DNA of 64,000 nucleotides from a virus. Its lineage: Duplodnaviria > Caudoviricetes. A program made the position numbers and the translations under genes. Positions 26,178-35,751 of the stretch are shown here, in pieces. The first letter of the stretch is position 1, and every line of letters starts with the position of its first letter. The notes beneath the pieces were generated by a model. That model saw nothing but the letters and a program-made list of their open reading frames with translations. It was not told the DNA's origin and did not search any database. Where the stretch lies: positions 192,001-256,000 of the IMG/VR virus record IMGVR_UViG_3300033555_000001. One strand, 5' to 3'.

Positions 26178-27712
26178 TGGCTAAAAACCCCAATTTAAAG
26201 CGCGCGCACGAAACAAGTGAGTTTACGCCTGAGATGGTTGTTGAATTACAGAAATGTAAAGCTGATCCAATTTACTTTATGGAGACGTATGTAAAAGTTT
26301 CTCACCCTACAAAGGGTGCAGTGCCTTTTATTTTGTACAGTTACCAAAAAGAAATGGTAATGGCAATTCACGACAATAAAGATACGGTGTTGTTGTGTTC
26401 GCGACAAATGGGAAAGACCACAGTTGCAGCTATGTACATCCTGTGGTTTGCAACGTTCTACGCTACAAAGCGCTGTGTGATTGCATCAAAAGCCATGAAC
26501 CACGCCGTGGAAATTCAATCACGTATTAAGTTCGCGTACGAAGAACTGCCGCAGTGGTTAAAGGCTGGCTGCACATTCTACAATCGCACATCAATTGAAT
26601 TTGATAACAAGTCCGTAATTATCTGCGAAGCCACGTCTGAAAAAACCGGCCGTGGTGGCTCACCATCTATCTTGTTTATTGACGAGATCGCCTTTATTTC
26701 AAAGCGCATTCAAGATGAGATGTGGGCGTCTATTGCGCCCTCGCTGTCTACTGGCGGTAAGTTAATTATGACGAGCACGCCAAACGGTGACTCAGACTTG
26801 TTTGCACAGCTGTGGCGAGACGCGTTAAGTGGCGTAAACAGCTTTAAGGCCGTGCAGTACCTGTGGTGGATGCACCCTGACCGTGATCAGGCGTACTATG
26901 ATGAGATGAAGGGTAAGTTAGGCGCGGTAAAAACGCTCCAAGAATTAGACTGTCAATTTTTGTCCAGCGATGCGTTATTGATTAATTCTATTAAACTGAA
27001 CTCAATGCGTTGGAAGGCTCCACTCTGGGAATCTTTAGGCTTTAAGTTCTGGGTACCAGAAGAATCATTGGGCGGTCGCGATAAAATTTACTTGGTTAGC
27101 ATGGATCCCGCTACCGGCGGAGGTGCGGACTTTACGACAATTGAAGTATTTGAATTTCCAAGCATGAACCAAGTTGCGGAGTATCGAACAAATGACGTTA
27201 ACATCCCGCTTACGTACGGTAAACTTTGTTGGCTGCTTAAAAAGCTAACCGAGCAAACTAACGGCGGACGTGCTGAGGTACTGTGGACTTTTGAGCGTAA
27301 TGGTATTGGTGAAGCCGTATCAGCGCTGTACTACAACGATGAACATCAAATTGAAGAAGCTGAGCTGATAAGCGATCATCCAACTAAATTTGGAGTGTTT
27401 ACGAGCGGCCGCCAAAAAGTGCTCTCAGCACTACAGCTTAAAACAATGGTTGAAAAAGTAAGCGAGGGTGGACTGCAAATTAATAGCGAAGTGCTGATTC
27501 ATGAGCTGAAGCACTATATTTCTAAGGGTGGTGGGTACGCCGCAAAGACTGGTTATACTGATGACTGCGTCGCCGCAACTCTTGGAATCATGAGACTCTT
27601 GAAGCGGCTGTCTGAGTACAACGAAGATGCTTTTGACCGCGTAAACGAATACGTGGATCCCGAAGCTTCTATGGATGATTCCGACGACCCCATGCCCATG
27701 GCGTTTTTGTAG
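26177..27712 (+). CDS. terL: Terminase large subunit (gp17-like)
   Basis: CSRQMGKT Walker A; FIDEIAF Walker B; STPNG; MDPATGGGADF nuclease; DDCV; GTG 26177 fits the AGGAG RBS. Confidence 0.95.
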   Translation: MAKNPNLKRAHETSEFTPEMVVELQKCKADPIYFMETYVKVSHPTKGAVPFILYSYQKEMVMAIHDNKDTVLLCSRQMGKTTVAAMYILWFATFYATKRCVIASKAMNHAVEIQSRIKFAYEELPQWLKAGCTFYNRTSIEFDNKSVIICEATSEKTGRGGSPSILFIDEIAFISKRIQDEMWASIAPSLSTGGKLIMTSTPNGDSDLFAQLWRDALSGVNSFKAVQYLWWMHPDRDQAYYDEMKGKLGAVKTLQELDCQFLSSDALLINSIKLNSMRWKAPLWESLGFKFWVPEESLGGRDKIYLVSMDPATGGGADFTTIEVFEFPSMNQVAEYRTNDVNIPLTYGKLCWLLKKLTEQTNGGRAEVLWTFERNGIGEAVSALYYNDEHQIEEAELISDHPTKFGVFTSGRQKVLSALQLKTMVEKVSEGGLQINSEVLIHELKHYISKGGGYAAKTGYTDDCVAATLGIMRLLKRLSEYNEDAFDRVNEYVDPEASMDDSDDPMPMAFL

Positions 27713-27762
27713 ATCCCAAAGCCTTTTATTAGCTGTCGGGTGTGTTGGTTTACTATAACAAC

Positions 27763-28035
27763 ATGAACACACCTGATCTAATCAATGCGGGCTTTGAAGC
27801 TTTTGCTTCTCTCTTTATCATGAACCACGCCCGAGTCATATGGATAACTCGGCAAGCACGTGGAGTATCTTTACTATCAGCGGCCTTTTTTGTACTGTGG
27901 GGATTTTGGAACATCTGGTATTATCCTCACCTGGGTCAAATCTTTAGCTTCTACGCCGGCCTTGCCATCATGGCTGCAAACTTCTTCTGGATCTTTACTA
28001 TTTGCTATGTAAGAAGTAAAGAGGATTCTCGTTGA
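27763..28035 (+). CDS. Three-TM membrane protein, PQ-loop/SemiSWEET-like
   Basis: ARGVSLLSAAFFVLWGFWNIWYY; three hydrophobic helices. Confidence 0.5.
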   Translation: MNTPDLINAGFEAFASLFIMNHARVIWITRQARGVSLLSAAFFVLWGFWNIWYYPHLGQIFSFYAGLAIMAANFFWIFTICYVRSKEDSR

Positions 28036-28274
28036 GCACAGTCGTTTTCTATCTTGACCAGTGCGGTAATGCCCAAGCGGAACATTTTACGGATCTTGGA
28101 CTTGCTCTTGCACGCACCGAAGAACTTCGTAACACCGCACAAATAACGCACACTACTATCTCTTCAGAGCTCCCTGAGAGCGTGGGCCGACGCGGAGTAA
28201 GCGCGGTTGAAGGTGGTAAAACTCCTGATGGCTCAGACTATACCTGGTCAAAAGCACACCGTGGTCGCCGCTGA
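28032..28274 (+). CDS. Hypothetical protein
   Basis: GAGG RBS; coupled to the previous gene. Confidence 0.55.
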   Translation: MSTVVFYLDQCGNAQAEHFTDLGLALARTEELRNTAQITHTTISSELPESVGRRGVSAVEGGKTPDGSDYTWSKAHRGRR

Positions 28275-28339
28275 CGTTACAAATTCAAAAAACACCGTTA
28301 CACTCTTTTTGCACACGTTCGGGATCGTTATGATATTAT
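28275..28339 (+). promoter_or_regulatory. Early sigma70-like promoter with upstream CGTTAC boxes
   Basis: cgttacaaattcaaaaaacaccgttaca almost identical to 55401-55427; TGCACA...TATTAT. Confidence 0.65.
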
Positions 28340-28367
28340 GACTCTATCGACAAAACGTGAGGTTAAT

Positions 28368-28799
28368 ATGATTTACGTCTTCTTTAAAAACAGCCTTCCA
28401 GTACATTTTGCCGAAACTGAAAAAATAACAGATCACAGCATTGAGTTCGACCAAGTAGAGAGTCGTTGGGACTGGAACAGCTTTGAGCGAGTTACTGAAC
28501 TGGCACTTCGCCTGACAGTGCTCTCTGGTAAAACTTTTCTACCAATAGACAGCTCCCCTAATGTTTCCCCACGGTTTGATATTATCCTTGCTCCGGTTGT
28601 TGGAGATGAAATCTCATACGGTTTTAACGGTGATTACTATCCATGCGGAAAGATTGCTCGTATTACTAAAAACTTTATGGTTGTTTCCAGCACCGGCGAA
28701 AAGTTTAATCGCAATAAAAAATCCGGTTCATGGGGTATGGTTGGTGGTACTTGGAGCATGGTACGCGGCCACATCAGCAAACGCAATCAAGAATTTTAA
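28368..28799 (+). CDS. Hypothetical early protein
   Basis: GAGG RBS before ATG 28368. Confidence 0.6.
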   Translation: MIYVFFKNSLPVHFAETEKITDHSIEFDQVESRWDWNSFERVTELALRLTVLSGKTFLPIDSSPNVSPRFDIILAPVVGDEISYGFNGDYYPCGKIARITKNFMVVSSTGEKFNRNKKSGSWGMVGGTWSMVRGHISKRNQEF

Positions 28800-28931
28800 C
28801 ATTGGGAAATAAAAATGCTGCTCCTCGCAAAACTTGTTATAATATGGATGATAGCTTTCGCACCAATTTTAGTCTTTATGTACTGTGCTCAAAAAGTAAG
28901 CACCTAATTTTAAAAACTCTAGGGAACCCAA

Positions 28932-29213
28932 ATGAAATTTCAATTTGCTCAAAGCCAACGCGAAATCACAGCCACAAAGGTTTCCCGCTTTAAAGTTATC
29001 CAAGACAACCGCAGCAAAGAAGTAGTTACCATAGAATACGAAACTAAAAACGGCGACCGCGAAATGTCGTTTTTGAATGGTATTGAGGCTACACTCAACA
29101 ATGCCGGCCGGTACGTTCAAGCGCAATCTAAACGCGACATGTGCGCTCGCATTTTGCCAGAGCCAGAGCCAGAAGTTACTGACGTGACTCAAGTTAATAC
29201 AGAAACTAACTAG
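28932..29213 (+). CDS. Hypothetical protein
   Basis: AGGGA RBS. Confidence 0.55.
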   Translation: MKFQFAQSQREITATKVSRFKVIQDNRSKEVVTIEYETKNGDREMSFLNGIEATLNNAGRYVQAQSKRDMCARILPEPEPEVTDVTQVNTETN

Positions 29214-29221
29214 AGGTTAAG

Positions 29222-30295
29222 ATGACAACGGTATTTTTAAAGAACGGTTTGTCGTACATGCCAACGGCGGCAGCGGCACTTGATCTGCACGACACCTTGC
29301 CAGCCGGAAACTATATTGTCAAGCAGCACCCACAAACCGGTGCGCTGTTCTTTGAAAGCATTGAATCATTTCCGCCGTCAGGCAAGACTTATGGTCTTAC
29401 CACCCGTCATGCCGAGCGAATCATGAGCACTTTTCACAGTAGACCTGCAAGCACTGGTGTGCTGCTAAACGGTGAAAAGGGTTCTGGAAAAACTTTGCTG
29501 GCAAAAGTACTGGCACACAACGCCGCCGCGCTTGGGTACCCGACAATTGTTATTAATTCGCCACTGCACGGTGATGCGTTCAACAATCTTATTCAGGGGT
29601 TACAACAGCCTGCAATTGTGTTGTTTGATGAGTTTGAAAAGGTGTACAAGCGCGAGGAGCAGGAATCAATTCTTACGCTGTTAGATGGGGTGTTCCCGTC
29701 TAAAAAACTTTTTATCCTGACATGCAATGACAAGTACCGCGTTGACGAGCACATGCGCAATCGTCCAGGCAGAATTTTTTACCTGATTGATTTTGCTGGA
29801 CTTGATGTTCAGTTTATTACCGAGTACTGTGAAGACAATTTAAAAAACACAACGCACATCCCAGCTATTTGTAAACTGTCTCAGCTCTTTGACGCCTTTA
29901 ATTTTGACATACTAAAGGCTCTGGTAGAGGAAATGAACAGGTATAACGAATCGCCGCGCGATGCTCTTGAGATTTTAAACGCTACCCCTGTATCAGATAA
30001 TTCCACGTACGATCTGGCCTTGACTGTGGATGGTAAAGCAATTTTAATAGCTGACACATACCCAGAAACAATCAGTGGTTCACCACTTAATTCTGGTGAT
30101 AACCAAGGTGTACTGACGGTAAACGTTATTAGGGAAAGGGGTAACCTTGACGCTGATGATGAATATCTTTTTGAACAAAGCGATTTAAAGTCAATTGACG
30201 TACAAACCGGGTCTTTTGTTTACGAAAATAAAAAAGCTCAAGTAACTTATACTCGTAAAAAAATCAGTATGGTTGATTATAGAAAGTTTATTTAA
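29222..30295 (+). CDS. AAA+ ATPase
   Basis: GEKGSGKT; LFDEFEK; LLDG; RPGRIFY. Confidence 0.9.
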   Translation: MTTVFLKNGLSYMPTAAAALDLHDTLPAGNYIVKQHPQTGALFFESIESFPPSGKTYGLTTRHAERIMSTFHSRPASTGVLLNGEKGSGKTLLAKVLAHNAAALGYPTIVINSPLHGDAFNNLIQGLQQPAIVLFDEFEKVYKREEQESILTLLDGVFPSKKLFILTCNDKYRVDEHMRNRPGRIFYLIDFAGLDVQFITEYCEDNLKNTTHIPAICKLSQLFDAFNFDILKALVEEMNRYNESPRDALEILNATPVSDNSTYDLALTVDGKAILIADTYPETISGSPLNSGDNQGVLTVNVIRERGNLDADDEYLFEQSDLKSIDVQTGSFVYENKKAQVTYTRKKISMVDYRKFI

Positions 30296-30296
30296 A

Positions 30297-30437
30297 ATGA
30301 CGACAGTTCTTTTAATCGTGATAGTCTTACAGCTGTGCGTTACAAATTACCTGTTGCTGAACATTGCCAGAAATCAGGTACAATGTGCACGCTATGATCG
30401 TGAGCAGGCAAAATTAAAATCAGCAAGTCCTTTTTGA
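30297..30437 (+). CDS. 46-aa single-TM protein
   Basis: Hand-translated MTTVLLIVIVLQLCVTNYLLLNIARNQ... Confidence 0.45.
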   Translation: MTTVLLIVIVLQLCVTNYLLLNIARNQVQCARYDREQAKLKSASPF

Positions 30438-30448
30438 AAGATGCTGTC

Positions 30449-30667
30449 ATGACTGTTCAATGGCTCAGCGATTTACCGGTGAAGTGCGATACGTGTGGTG
30501 ATAAGCTCAGCACGGTATTCTACGATGGTCGTACTGCAATGGGACCCGCAGCGTGCATGTGTCTTACTTGTTTTAACTTTGGTCCAGGCCTGGGTAAATT
30601 GGGTCAAGGACACGCTCAAGAATATAAGAAACAACCAAATGGTAACTGGAATAAAACGCGAGGTTAA
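30449..30667 (+). CDS. Small zinc-finger protein
   Basis: CDTC...CMCLTC...GLGKLGQG. Confidence 0.6.
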   Translation: MTVQWLSDLPVKCDTCGDKLSTVFYDGRTAMGPAACMCLTCFNFGPGLGKLGQGHAQEYKKQPNGNWNKTRG

Positions 30668-31795
30668 ATGAGTACCTTTCAAGATTTCTTAGTGGAATTT
30701 AAAAATTCCGCGCACTACACAGAAATGGCGGGCACTGTAGAGGATTCGCCATGGCACCGCGAGGCTAATGTTTGGGTACACACTGAAATGGTGCTTGATG
30801 CCTACGCACTTAACTTTGCGCCCCACCGTACTGATCTTGCAAATTTAATTGCTCAAGTAGCCCTGTTATTTCACGACGCCGGAAAACCATCGGCAGAAGA
30901 AGTTCTTGAAAAGAAAGATGGTGAAGGAGTCTATCGCCGTTACGCCGGCCATGAGCAGCACTCTGCAATTTCTTTTATGGATTACTATCTAAAAAGCGCA
31001 GCACTGCAGTCTTTGCTCTCACCTGACGGCGCCCGCGCCGTCCGCTGGATTATTGAACATCACTTGCCGTATGGATTTAAAGATACCGCAAAGCGCAAGG
31101 GTCTTGGGCATGGTACACTTGCAGCACTCCACGGCGCTGGAATCACAATTCAAACGTTCTTTGATTGCTTGCGTGCAGACGCTGCTGGAAGAACAAGCGA
31201 TGACCACCCTCAAAAACTGTCTGCAGTTGAAGTATGGATTAATGATTTTAAACCGCTGTGTATTGTGTCAACACCGATAGCCGCACCGCAAAAACTTTAC
31301 ATTATGATTGGCCCAAGCGGCTCAGGTAAAACCACATGGACTGCAGCAAGGCTCGGGTTTACAGACCGCGTGGTGTCACTTGATGACATGCGTATTGATT
31401 TTCTGGATCAACACGAACAGTTCTTTGACAGTGATGTTAAAAAATACGCCAGGGCCTGGGAATTTGCTACTTCAAACGAGGCCGCATTTTCAAAGTACGT
31501 CAGGGAGCAAACAAAGAAAATTTTCTCTGATCTGCCAGCAGGCGCCTCAATCTTTATTGATGCTACTAACTTAAGCAGAAAGCGTCGGGCGCAGTGGGTA
31601 GAACTTGGCCGTCAGAAAAAAATGGAAATCATTGGTGTTGAATTCTGGAACACGTTTGAAACCTTGTTGGATCGTCAGGGCACACGCGGCGACAAGTACG
31701 TGCCGTACGCTGCAGTAAAATCTCAGCACGCCGCCACCGCCCTTGCATGGGTTGGGCACGAGGTGAGTAGCGTTATTACTATAATCGGCCAATAG
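30668..31795 (+). CDS. HD phosphoesterase-polynucleotide kinase fusion (HD-Pnk-like)
   Basis: WHRE.NVWVHT...LLFHDAGKP...GHE...EHH; GPSGSGKT...DATNL. Confidence 0.75.
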   Translation: MSTFQDFLVEFKNSAHYTEMAGTVEDSPWHREANVWVHTEMVLDAYALNFAPHRTDLANLIAQVALLFHDAGKPSAEEVLEKKDGEGVYRRYAGHEQHSAISFMDYYLKSAALQSLLSPDGARAVRWIIEHHLPYGFKDTAKRKGLGHGTLAALHGAGITIQTFFDCLRADAAGRTSDDHPQKLSAVEVWINDFKPLCIVSTPIAAPQKLYIMIGPSGSGKTTWTAARLGFTDRVVSLDDMRIDFLDQHEQFFDSDVKKYARAWEFATSNEAAFSKYVREQTKKIFSDLPAGASIFIDATNLSRKRRAQWVELGRQKKMEIIGVEFWNTFETLLDRQGTRGDKYVPYAAVKSQHAATALAWVGHEVSSVITIIGQ

Positions 31796-31843
31796 CAGTT
31801 GCCGGAAAGTATTAATACACTCATATAGCAGATGGAGATCAAT

Positions 31844-31987
31844 ATGTTTGTAAGTGAAATGCGCATGAGAGCTGTTCGTCGAGCAATTGCTACCTGGCAC
31901 CCTACTGGTAAAACCGCCGAAGAGCGGTACCCACGCTTATTCAGACTGGCAGTATCTCTTGGGTTTGTAGATTGCATGGAGTGCTGA
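31844..31987 (+). CDS. 47-aa hypothetical protein
   Basis: GGAG RBS; hand-translated MFVSEMRMRAVRRAIATWHP... Confidence 0.5.
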   Translation: MFVSEMRMRAVRRAIATWHPTGKTAEERYPRLFRLAVSLGFVDCMEC

Positions 31988-32118
31988 TCTAAATCATCAC
32001 CAAAATAACCCTAGTGAGTCAGGATCACATCTAACTTAGAATGTGATAGACGCTACATCTTATTTCTCCTACACCGCAGGTTGCTGTAAATAAGAGCAAC
32101 TATATTGTGGAGACAATA

Positions 32119-32712
32119 ATGAAAATCAGCGAATTGCTGGAACAGCAAATTATCCTAGAATCTGAGCATCTAAAAATTTACACAGCACTGCTGCCTCTTT
32201 ACATGCTTGAAGATGACGGTGGTGGGGATGGTGGCGATTTTGGCGGTTCAGGAGAAACTTACGGCGGAGATAGCGGCTATAGCGTGCAGAACCCTGGTAA
32301 TAACACACCACCAGATCCATCACCGGTAGCGCCCTCGCCTGTTCCGACTTCAAATGACGCGCCTGTTACTCAGCCTGTTTACTACACGCCGTACGGGCCA
32401 ATTATTGGAACCCGGTGGTTTAGCCAATTAGTCAATACCTTTCGAGTTGCTGCGGTGGCTAAGAACGTTGAAAAGCGGATGAAGGAACTCGGCCTCAAGG
32501 GTGAGGGCGTCAAACGCGTCAAAGCTGCCGCTGCCCAGGCTTCAAAGAATCTAGACTATGTTATTAAAAATCCAGCCTCACTCTCATACAGAATTCCGGT
32601 GTGGACCACGGGCGGCACCCCTAAAAAAGTAAAAATCAAAAAGTTTAATGAGGCCTTTGCCGAAGAATTTAAACGTGAGCTGTCTAAAATCGCCGGCTCT
32701 GATTTGATCTAA
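32119..32712 (+). CDS. Gly/Pro-rich late protein with capsid-targeting-like N-terminus
   Basis: GGAGA RBS before ATG 32119; MKISELLE; TAAATA upstream. Confidence 0.6.
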   Translation: MKISELLEQQIILESEHLKIYTALLPLYMLEDDGGGDGGDFGGSGETYGGDSGYSVQNPGNNTPPDPSPVAPSPVPTSNDAPVTQPVYYTPYGPIIGTRWFSQLVNTFRVAAVAKNVEKRMKELGLKGEGVKRVKAAAAQASKNLDYVIKNPASLSYRIPVWTTGGTPKKVKIKKFNEAFAEEFKRELSKIAGSDLI

Positions 32713-32728
32713 TACTTAATTGCACTCT

Positions 32729-32763
32729 GCCATCGCCCCGAACCTTATATTCGGGGCGATGGC
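32729..32763 (+). terminator. 14-bp perfect hairpin, likely terminator
   Basis: GCCATCGCCCCGAA-ccttata-TTCGGGGCGATGGC. Confidence 0.75.
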
Positions 32764-32871
32764 GCATTTATTCAACTTATAATCTCTTCAAGCGCTGCAG
32801 TTGTAATGCGCTAAATAGAGAGCCCAACATTCAGTTGGCACCTCTTTTATTTTAACTTTGGAGATTTAAAA

Positions 32872-33801
32872 ATGACAGCACCAAAACGTTCCCTGGCCGA
32901 TCTGGCCGCCGCATTTACATCAAAAGCTTCTGAAGGTGGTGGTGGTAACGCCGTCTGGAAATTATTTTTCCCCTTTTGGAAAGCAGAAGTAGACACCGTT
33001 TCCACGGTACGTTTTCTCCCCGACGCAGACGAACAAAACCCACTTGGATTCCTGGTTGAAAACCACACCCACGAGTTGGAAATTAATGGCAAGCGCGAAA
33101 AAGTTGCGTGCCTGAAAATGTTCAACGAAGCCTGCCCAATCTGCGAGCTGTCGTCAAAATACTACGACAAAAACAGCGCAGAGCACAGCGAAGAAATGGG
33201 TAAAAAGTTCTATCGCAAAAAATCGTACGTTGGTCAAGTGCTTGTTCTTGAAACTCCAATTGACCATGACGCAAATCAAATGGTTAAGTTGATTGAGTTT
33301 GGACCACAGGTATTCAAGCAAATCCAGGCTGCTTTTCAGAGTGGTGATTTGGAAGCCGCACCATACGAGCTAAAGGGTGGTTACAATTTCCGCTTCCGCA
33401 AATCAAAGACCGGATCTGGCCAGAACTCTTACACAACGTCTAACTTTGCGCCAAAGCAAACTGATGTTGCCGACAACGTGCTTGAAGAAATCACGCTGTA
33501 TGACTTGAATGACTACCGTACTGCCAGAACAGAGCGCCCTGCTCTTGAGGCAATGTTGGCAGCTGCTCAAACCGGTGCTAACTACAGTACTCCTCAAGAT
33601 GCTGCTCCAGCACCTGCGCAAAAAGCAGCACCTGCTGCTCCAGCACCCGTGGCAACTGCTACACCAGCCGCATCGGCACCAGCAACGGCAGCTGAAGCAC
33701 CCGCAGCAGACGCTCCAGCAGATGGTGCAAAGCTCAGTGTGGTTGAGCAATTACGCCAACGCGCAGCCGCAGCAAAAGCCGCAGCCGCCGCCCAAGCTTA
33801 A
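32872..33801 (+). CDS. Single-stranded DNA-binding protein (gp32-like)
   Basis: TVRFLPD...HTH...C...CPIC zinc site; GYNFRFRK..SNF. Confidence 0.9.
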   Translation: MTAPKRSLADLAAAFTSKASEGGGGNAVWKLFFPFWKAEVDTVSTVRFLPDADEQNPLGFLVENHTHELEINGKREKVACLKMFNEACPICELSSKYYDKNSAEHSEEMGKKFYRKKSYVGQVLVLETPIDHDANQMVKLIEFGPQVFKQIQAAFQSGDLEAAPYELKGGYNFRFRKSKTGSGQNSYTTSNFAPKQTDVADNVLEEITLYDLNDYRTARTERPALEAMLAAAQTGANYSTPQDAAPAPAQKAAPAAPAPVATATPAASAPATAAEAPAADAPADGAKLSVVEQLRQRAAAAKAAAAAQA

Positions 33802-33813
33802 CGATACCAACGG

Positions 33814-33839
33814 GCCGCACCAATTAAACCTGGTGCGGC
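33814..33839 (+). other. Hairpin between SSB and recombinase genes
   Basis: GCCGCACCA-attaaacc-TGGTGCGGC; no U tract. Confidence 0.5.
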
Positions 33840-33875
33840 GTCTGGCTGAGTAACGTTTAAACTTTAGGAGTAACA

Positions 33876-34949
33876 ATGGCACTATCTTTTTTAAAAGACT
33901 TTAAAAAGTCAATGGACAAGCTGGAAACAGTAAGCGTTGGCCTCAAATCTTCGCAAGAATGGCTGTCAACCGGTAACTTTGCTCTTAATCGAGCGCTCAG
34001 TGGTGACTGGGAAAAGGGTATTCCGCTTGGTAGAATTTCACTCTGGGCCGGACCATCAGGCTCTGGTAAAAGCTTTATTTCGTCAAACATCATGGTGCAC
34101 GCACAGGCCGCAGGTTATCACTTGCTAGTGCTTGACAGTGAGAACGCGCTGGACGTAGACTACTTGCGCAAGATTGGTGTTGATACATCAGAGGAAAAAT
34201 TAACGTACATGCAGGTCACAACCATTGAGGACGTGAACAAAGTATGCGCAGAATTTTTCTCAGGATATATCAAAGCGTACGGCAAAGATAATCCAGACGC
34301 CCAGCGCACGCTGATTGTGCTGGACTCGCTGGCAATGCTCTCATCCTCTACCGAGATGGAGAACTACGGCAAAGACGGCACAATTAAAGCTGATCAGGGT
34401 ATTCTTGCAAAGCGCCGCAAGAGTATGTTGCGCATGATTACTGGTCATATTGCTAGACTGCCAATTGCGTTTGTAATGACCGATCACGTTTATCCGGCTG
34501 ACATTATGCTTGGAGACGGCGCGTGGGCAATTACTAACAGCACAAAATTCTCCTCGTCTATTATTGGAATCGTTACTAAGCTTAAGTTAAAAGACGAGGG
34601 TGAGGTGATTGGTGTGCGTATGCGGTTTGAAACGTACAAGAGTCGATTTGCAAAGCTTGGTACTAAAATTGAGCTTGAAGTACCCTACAACAAGGGAATG
34701 AGCCCGCTGTCAGGACTTGTCGAAATGTTAGAGGACCTGAAAGTAATCGCCAAGGGCACGCAGCCTGGAGAAAAGACCGCGTACATAAGTGAAGTAAACG
34801 GTGAGCGAATTGTTTTCAAAGAGAAGGATTTCACTTCTGAAATTGCTCTTAAGTTGTTTAAGCACCCAAACGCGGTCAGCACGGTATTAGACGAGAAGCC
34901 TCTTGCAGACATCTTGGATAATCAAATGCTCGATCAAGACGAAGATTAA
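33876..34949 (+). CDS. uvsX: RecA/UvsX recombinase
   Basis: STGNFALNRALSG...GPSGSGKS...DSENAL...VLDSLA. Confidence 0.95.
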   Translation: MALSFLKDFKKSMDKLETVSVGLKSSQEWLSTGNFALNRALSGDWEKGIPLGRISLWAGPSGSGKSFISSNIMVHAQAAGYHLLVLDSENALDVDYLRKIGVDTSEEKLTYMQVTTIEDVNKVCAEFFSGYIKAYGKDNPDAQRTLIVLDSLAMLSSSTEMENYGKDGTIKADQGILAKRRKSMLRMITGHIARLPIAFVMTDHVYPADIMLGDGAWAITNSTKFSSSIIGIVTKLKLKDEGEVIGVRMRFETYKSRFAKLGTKIELEVPYNKGMSPLSGLVEMLEDLKVIAKGTQPGEKTAYISEVNGERIVFKEKDFTSEIALKLFKHPNAVSTVLDEKPLADILDNQMLDQDED

Positions 34950-34963
34950 TTAAAGGAAATATT

Positions 34964-35158
34964 ATGGAACAGCAAGTTCAAATTACAATTACGCCAGTAG
35001 TAGGTGGTTTTATCGTGACATACCCAGTGCGAGCCGGTGGTGTTACTACGCATGTGCAAGAAATTTCAACATCAGTTGGAAAAGCAATGCGAATTGCTCG
35101 GGCTGCAGTTGAAGCTTTTTCAAAAGTGAAAACTGCTGATAAAGAAGAAACGGTTTGA
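34964..35158 (+). CDS. Hypothetical protein
   Basis: AAGGA RBS. Confidence 0.55.
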   Translation: MEQQVQITITPVVGGFIVTYPVRAGGVTTHVQEISTSVGKAMRIARAAVEAFSKVKTADKEETV

Positions 35159-35230
35159 TTCTAAGTTAGACTGCTTATTTAAAACCTGCAACGCAAGAAT
35201 TTATTTGTGGTGCCGGTTTTAAATTCAACC

Positions 35231-35614
35231 ATGAAAGGAATAATTTTGAACACCGAATACTTCTTCTCTCTGCGCGGCGATTTTTCAGAAACAGAGGAAT
35301 TTGTTAATTGCGCCATTAAAATATCAAAAACAAAAGTTGCAGGAATTAGCGAATATCAAGTTTGGGATGGATCAGTAACTTCAATTGGAGATATGTTAGA
35401 TATTCACGCAACTGCACGTGATTTGCCGCTCATACCTGATTCTAAATTTTTCTCGACTGAAAAACAACCAGTCAAAGTTTTTAAAATCTGTGGAATTTTA
35501 CCTGCTACTGCTCTAGATGCTCAAGAAATTGTAGGGCCCTTTAGATTTCAGGTGTTTATGGCCAATGACCAAAAACAGAATATTGATATTTGGCTTACTC
35601 CAGTCTTTGTATAA
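35231..35614 (+). CDS. Hypothetical protein
   Basis: ORF fills the gap; start uncertain. Confidence 0.45.
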   Translation: MKGIILNTEYFFSLRGDFSETEEFVNCAIKISKTKVAGISEYQVWDGSVTSIGDMLDIHATARDLPLIPDSKFFSTEKQPVKVFKICGILPATALDAQEIVGPFRFQVFMANDQKQNIDIWLTPVFV

Positions 35615-35680
35615 TTAAATCTTTTGATTTAAAGAGCTAGTTCAAAAATGCTCATCCCAGTACAGCCCGTGTAATTCAGG

Positions 35681-35724
35681 AGCCGTTGTTACAATAGATC
35701 TTTATTTGTACCAACGGCTTTTTT
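35681..35724 (+). terminator. Long hairpin plus T tract upstream of uvsY
   Basis: AGCCGTTG.TACAA...TTGTA.CAACGGCT-TTTTT. Confidence 0.6.
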
Positions 35725-35751
35725 GCCTGTAAATTAAAAATTCATACTACA

